Source: Bacilli bacterium (lineage in GTDB: Bacteria; Bacillota_I; Bacilli_A; RFN20; CAG-826). Taken from it: 64,000 bases of DNA. Within the stretch, counting starts at the first letter, position 1; each line of letters starts with the position of its first letter. Made by a program: the position numbers and the translations under genes. The stretch covers positions 288,001 through 352,000 of the forward strand of contig JAZLKX010000025.1 in NCBI GenBank assembly GCA_045597865.1, given 5' to 3'. The notes beneath the pieces are model-generated. The model did no database searches. It saw only the letters and a list, made by a program, of their open reading frames with translations, and was not told the origin of the DNA. Positions 60,244-64,000 of this stretch are shown piece by piece.

Positions 60244-61151
60244 TATTCAGCTTTCTTAGCTTTCTTTTCTTTTAGCATCATAATTCCGTTATTCAAGGCA
60301 TTCAAGAACGGAATTAATAAGCAAACACCATACATCAAAATTGCATCAATTGGGAACTTAACAAGTCTTTCGAATTGTTGGACTGGAGATAATGGATTAA
60401 GTATTAATGGATAATTATCTTTTGATACGCAAACCATATAGATAAGAGTTGCTAATGAAAATAAGAATGCAATTGATGAAAGAATAAATGTAACTTTACG
60501 GTTTCTTAAGAAATCTTCGTGAATAATGTAAGTTGCAATTATTAATGTTGGAATTAAAAGTTGGAACAAATATGGAAGAACATAAACACTGTCATATGAA
60601 CTCCAATAGAATGGAATGAGCATAAATGCTCCAAGTCTATTTAATGCATAAACTGCAAGAAGAGATAAACCAGCTTCTCTTAAGCCATATGCAAATGTTC
60701 CTTTATATGTTTTTTCAATATTCTCAGCTTTAACTTTGTTAGTAATTGTAATGATTAAATAAATGCAACCAGCAATCATTAATGAGAAAACAATTAACGA
60801 AATTAATGGATAACATTTAAAAATGTAATCACCAATAAATGTGTGGTAAATTCCGAGACCAACAAATAATGACATGCCAAAGCCTACTGCGGACATTACT
60901 AAAAGTACAATGGCATAGTAGCGCACATAATAAAGATCTGGTTCTTTTTTCTTGAAATAACGATAACCAGCAACTAAAGCAATCATTAGATTAATGAAAA
61001 TTAACAACATTGGAATTCCAGCTAATGAAACAATATCAAGTGCTTCATAGTTTGAAACTACCATAAATAAACAGTTTATTGCATAAAATGCAATGAAGGA
61101 AAACATAAAGATTCCTAAAGCAAGTAAAGCGGTTTTAATTGGTTTTTTCAT
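60243..61151 (-). CDS. Multi-pass membrane protein, unknown function
   Basis: About eight hydrophobic segments; starts 2 nt after the phosphoesterase stop. Confidence 0.75.
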   Translation of the reverse strand: MKKPIKTALLALGIFMFSFIAFYAINCLFMVVSNYEALDIVSLAGIPMLLIFINLMIALVAGYRYFKKKEPDLYYVRYYAIVLLVMSAVGFGMSLFVGLGIYHTFIGDYIFKCYPLISLIVFSLMIAGCIYLIITITNKVKAENIEKTYKGTFAYGLREAGLSLLAVYALNRLGAFMLIPFYWSSYDSVYVLPYLFQLLIPTLIIATYIIHEDFLRNRKVTFILSSIAFLFSLATLIYMVCVSKDNYPLILNPLSPVQQFERLVKFPIDAILMYGVCLLIPFLNALNNGIMMLKEKKAKKAE

Positions 61152-61153
61152 AA

Positions 61154-62212
61154 TTATTTGGCCTCCGCTTCTTCGTAAGAATGTTTAATATTCTCAAATT
61201 TTAATTTAGTTGGATCATTGTGATCTATTGAAATTACTTGTCCACCTAATTTTTCTTTATCATAGTAAATTCTATCTGTTGAGTGAACACCATAACAAAG
61301 AGCAATATCATCATAGATGATAACAGCATCGTTAATATGGTCGTGAGCTACTGAAATAGCACGTGTAGAACCAAGTTCTTTTATCTTATCAAATAAGTGT
61401 TTATCTGATTCTGGAGTAGGTCCACCATACTCGCCAATCGATGCTGTTGGATCAAAACCTTCAGGAACATGGCAATGATGAATGTTCTCGCTTGTTCCGT
61501 CCATTTCGTGCCAAGCTTCTAAGAATTCTGGAAGTGCAATATGGAAATACATTGCTGATGGAACAACGTGCCCTACTTTATTTGTTTCGTAGTTAACCAT
61601 TCTTTCGTACCAATCAATTTGATCTTGTTTAATATAATCGTATTTTAAAGTATCAAAATTATAGTTATGAGATTCTAAACAATAAACTTGGAATAAATCA
61701 TTGTTAACATAGTTATCGCCATCTTTTGTTCTTTCATAAATGTTAATAACAAAATTGCTTCTGCCAGTTACATCATCATCTTGAAGATTAACAAATTTAA
61801 CATATTTGAAGAGGCCTTTAGTGCCTAATAATTCTTGAATGTATGTATCTGAATAATAACCTTGGTCATCATGGTTGCCAAAGGCAAAAGTCCATGGGAT
61901 TTCGTAACTATCAATGAAAGCGAATAATTTTGTTACGATTCCTTTATCGGCATAAGTAAATGAATCACCGTTAAGAACGATAAGATTAGGATTTGCATCC
62001 TTAATTGTCTTATTAATCATCTTAAAATGTCTTTCAATTATGTCACTTTGATTAAGGTGAATATCGCACAATTGAAGAATTCTAAAATCTTCTGATGTGT
62101 TAGCCCATTGTACGCCAACTTGATATTTATCTTCACTATAGTGAACAGTACCTTTACAGGACGTTAAAATACAAGCTAACAATGGAACTGCGAATATTAT
62201 TTTTTTGTTCAT
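61154..62212 (-). CDS. Calcineurin-like metallophosphoesterase lipoprotein
   Basis: Lipobox ILTS-C; DIH, NGD, FGNHD, FHI, AHDH motifs. Confidence 0.85.
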   Translation of the reverse strand: MNKKIIFAVPLLACILTSCKGTVHYSEDKYQVGVQWANTSEDFRILQLCDIHLNQSDIIERHFKMINKTIKDANPNLIVLNGDSFTYADKGIVTKLFAFIDSYEIPWTFAFGNHDDQGYYSDTYIQELLGTKGLFKYVKFVNLQDDDVTGRSNFVINIYERTKDGDNYVNNDLFQVYCLESHNYNFDTLKYDYIKQDQIDWYERMVNYETNKVGHVVPSAMYFHIALPEFLEAWHEMDGTSENIHHCHVPEGFDPTASIGEYGGPTPESDKHLFDKIKELGSTRAISVAHDHINDAVIIYDDIALCYGVHSTDRIYYDKEKLGGQVISIDHNDPTKLKFENIKHSYEEAEAK

Positions 62213-62281
62213 ATTTAATTTCCTTAATTTATATTTTAGAAAAATTATCTCTTTTAGTCAAAAAGTATTATACTTTTATGC

Positions 62282-62914
62282 ATGGTCAGAAAAGATATCA
62301 AAGAATTTATTAAAACAATTCCAAGTGATGTAACCCTTGTTGCAGCCACAAAATATGTCGATGTCGATGACATGAATGAACTTTTTAATGTGGGAATAAC
62401 AAATTTCGGAGAGAACCGCACAGATTCCTTCTTAAGAAAGTATTCTTTACTAAATAACCGTGAAATCACATGGCATTTTATCGGCCATCTTCAAAGAAAC
62501 AAGGCTTTAGATGTTATAAATAAGATTGATTTTTTGCACTCTCTCGACTCTCTTAAGCTCGCAAAAGTAATCGAAGACCACTGTGACCATCAACTCAAAT
62601 GTTTCATCGAAGTTTCTATTAACTTAGAGGAAAATAAAAATGGCGTCCCATATTATGAGGTTGAAAACTTCATAAAAGAACTTCAAAAATTCTCAAAGAT
62701 TGAACTTGTTGGATTTATGATGATGGCAGTCAAAGCTAGCAACGAAGAATCTTTAGATTCTCAATTTGCAAAACTTAGAGAATTAAGAGATGAAATTGAA
62801 AAGAAACTAAATATTAAAATCCCATACTTATCAATGGGCATGTCTGATGATTATAAAAGCGCCCTACAAGAAGGCGCTACTCATATTAGATTAGGTAGAA
62901 TTTTATTTGATTAA
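62282..62914 (+). CDS. yggS: PLP homeostasis protein YggS/YlmE
   Basis: VAATKY, FGENR, WHFIGHLQRNK, HSLDS, LSMGMS.DY, IRLGR. Confidence 0.95.
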   Translation: MVRKDIKEFIKTIPSDVTLVAATKYVDVDDMNELFNVGITNFGENRTDSFLRKYSLLNNREITWHFIGHLQRNKALDVINKIDFLHSLDSLKLAKVIEDHCDHQLKCFIEVSINLEENKNGVPYYEVENFIKELQKFSKIELVGFMMMAVKASNEESLDSQFAKLRELRDEIEKKLNIKIPYLSMGMSDDYKSALQEGATHIRLGRILFD

Positions 62915-63414
62915 AATTCCTGTGACCAACCATGACCAATATCCCAGTGTTCATCGATGATGAACTCTGTTTTATTTTTAGGCAATTGAAATACATCAAG
63001 AATTATATCTTTTGCTTCTGGATATTTACCAATCCAGTTTCCTACAAACACTTTAAAACCTTCATTTTCAAATTCAAAAACTCTGCCTCTAGGTTTTTGG
63101 GTGTAATCACCTTGGAATCTTGGATCTTTTTTTCTGAAAAATTCCTTTTCCCAAATGCTTTGATGTAAAGCACTACCAGTTCTTACATTTTTATTCCATA
63201 TTTTAGAATTATAAAATGGTCTGTCTTTTGCTAAAGCAACAACATAACCATAAAGTTCTTGTTTCTTTGGGTCATACCAAAAAGGACCAATGTATGCTTC
63301 ATCTTGTTCATCAAAACTAGCAATCATTGCATCAATTGCTACATTTTTGGAGGCTGAATGACCGCCAGTACGAATATTCAACCTTTTGTCGCCTGATAAA
63401 AGTTTTTCTTTCAT
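62911..63414 (-). CDS. Hypothetical protein (G.FW / H...W / Y...PRGRV / D.H motifs)
   Basis: 167-aa ORF from ATG 63414 with protein-like composition; function not recognised. Confidence 0.65.
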   Translation of the reverse strand: MKEKLLSGDKRLNIRTGGHSASKNVAIDAMIASFDEQDEAYIGPFWYDPKKQELYGYVVALAKDRPFYNSKIWNKNVRTGSALHQSIWEKEFFRKKDPRFQGDYTQKPRGRVFEFENEGFKVFVGNWIGKYPEAKDIILDVFQLPKNKTEFIIDEHWDIGHGWSQEF

Positions 63415-63485
63415 AATAATAATATTACTATAGTTATAAACTTTAGACAATATTATTATATTAATATTTTAAAAAGAAAAAAAGA

Positions 63486-63505
63486 AAAGGAAGCAAGCTT
63501 CCTTT
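63486..63505 (-). terminator. Intrinsic terminator
   Basis: AAAGGAAG-cttg-CTTCCTTT followed by long T-rich run on minus strand. Confidence 0.75.
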
Positions 63506-63527
63506 AATATAGATACGAGTTTCCTCG

Positions 63528-63560
63528 TTATTTAAGGTTAGGTGAAATTGATTTTTTCAT
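63528..63560 (-). CDS. Candidate 10-aa micro-ORF MKKSISPNLK
   Basis: Preceded by TTGTTA-N17-TATAAT and SD AAAGGAG; followed by terminator. Confidence 0.4.
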   Translation of the reverse strand: MKKSISPNLK

Positions 63561-63599
63561 ATTTCACGTCTCCTTTATGCAACTATTATAACTTTGTTA

Positions 63600-64000
63600 T
63601 TATCTATTAACAAGTTTTAAAATGTGTAAGAGATCTTTGTGGATGTCTCTTTCCATATTGAATGCTTCTTCAAATGGAACTCTTTTGATTTCTCCACCGA
63701 ATAAACCGAGCGCTACTGATGAATCGCCGTCGATAATTGCTTGAACAGCTTCAACACCGAATCTTGTAGCAATAATACGATCATGTGCAGTTGGGCTTCC
63801 ACCTCTTTGGAGGTGACCAAGAACTTCTGCTCTACATTCAATGCCAGTTCTTTCTGTAACTTTTTTAGCGAAATCAAAGATATTTGGGAAAATCTTTTCA
63901 GAAACAATGACTAAAGCGTGTTTTTTCTTACCGCCTTTAAGTGATTTAAGTTTGTTAACAACATCTTCTTCAGTGTATGGGTGGTCATTTGAAATAACAA
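63600..64000 (-). CDS. pfkA: 6-phosphofructokinase, 3' part (window-truncated; not in ORF track)
   Basis: Manual translation ...KKHALVIVSE...RAEVLGHLQRGGSPTAHDRIIATRFGVEAV...LKLVNR*. Confidence 0.92.
   Translation of the reverse strand, partial: VISNDHPYTEEDVVNKLKSLKGGKKKHALVIVSEKIFPNIFDFAKKVTERTGIECRAEVLGHLQRGGSPTAHDRIIATRFGVEAVQAIIDGDSSVALGLFGGEIKRVPFEEAFNMERDIHKDLLHILKLVNR

Noticed and set aside
63713-63907. 64-aa minus-strand ORF
   Set aside because: Out-of-frame overlap with pfkA.

Overview
AT-rich, gene-dense core-chromosome segment of a reduced-genome Bacilli/Mollicutes-related bacterium. It uses genetic code 11 (TGA stops, TGG Trp); the lineage is inferred from gene content, not determined. 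Almost all genes right of ~4.3 kb lie on the minus strand. A clear XerCD dif-type site at 4251-4278, with xerD and parC/parE nearby, suggests this is the replication-terminus region. Content is mostly housekeeping: xerD-deoB, nadD/yqeK-yqeH-yqeG, parCE, plsY, efp, ispG/ispH, nfo-cshB, ybeY-cdd-era-recO-glyQS-dnaG-sigA, the hrcA-grpE-dnaK-dnaJ operon (three CIRCEs), lepA, fmt, holA, comEA-comEC, T-box-valS, tig-lon-engB, a ZIP/DtxR pair, yggS and pfkA. rpmG, rpsU and the pfkA 3' end are missing from the ORF track and were read manually. No rRNA, tRNA, CRISPR, transposase or prophage was seen. Most notable unexplained signals: (1) a 31-bp non-sigmaA promoter-like motif shared by comEA-comEC and a C39-peptidase/ABC-membrane protein that lacks an ATPase domain, a candidate new competence-regulon component; (2) a pseudo-Fic/wHTH protein in the lepA-hemW locus; (3) a self-contained ~100-nt transcription unit encoding a 10-aa peptide; (4) repeated -10 box/N6-7/ATG leaderless architecture; (5) a 23-bp repeat and a probable integrative-element scar near dif.
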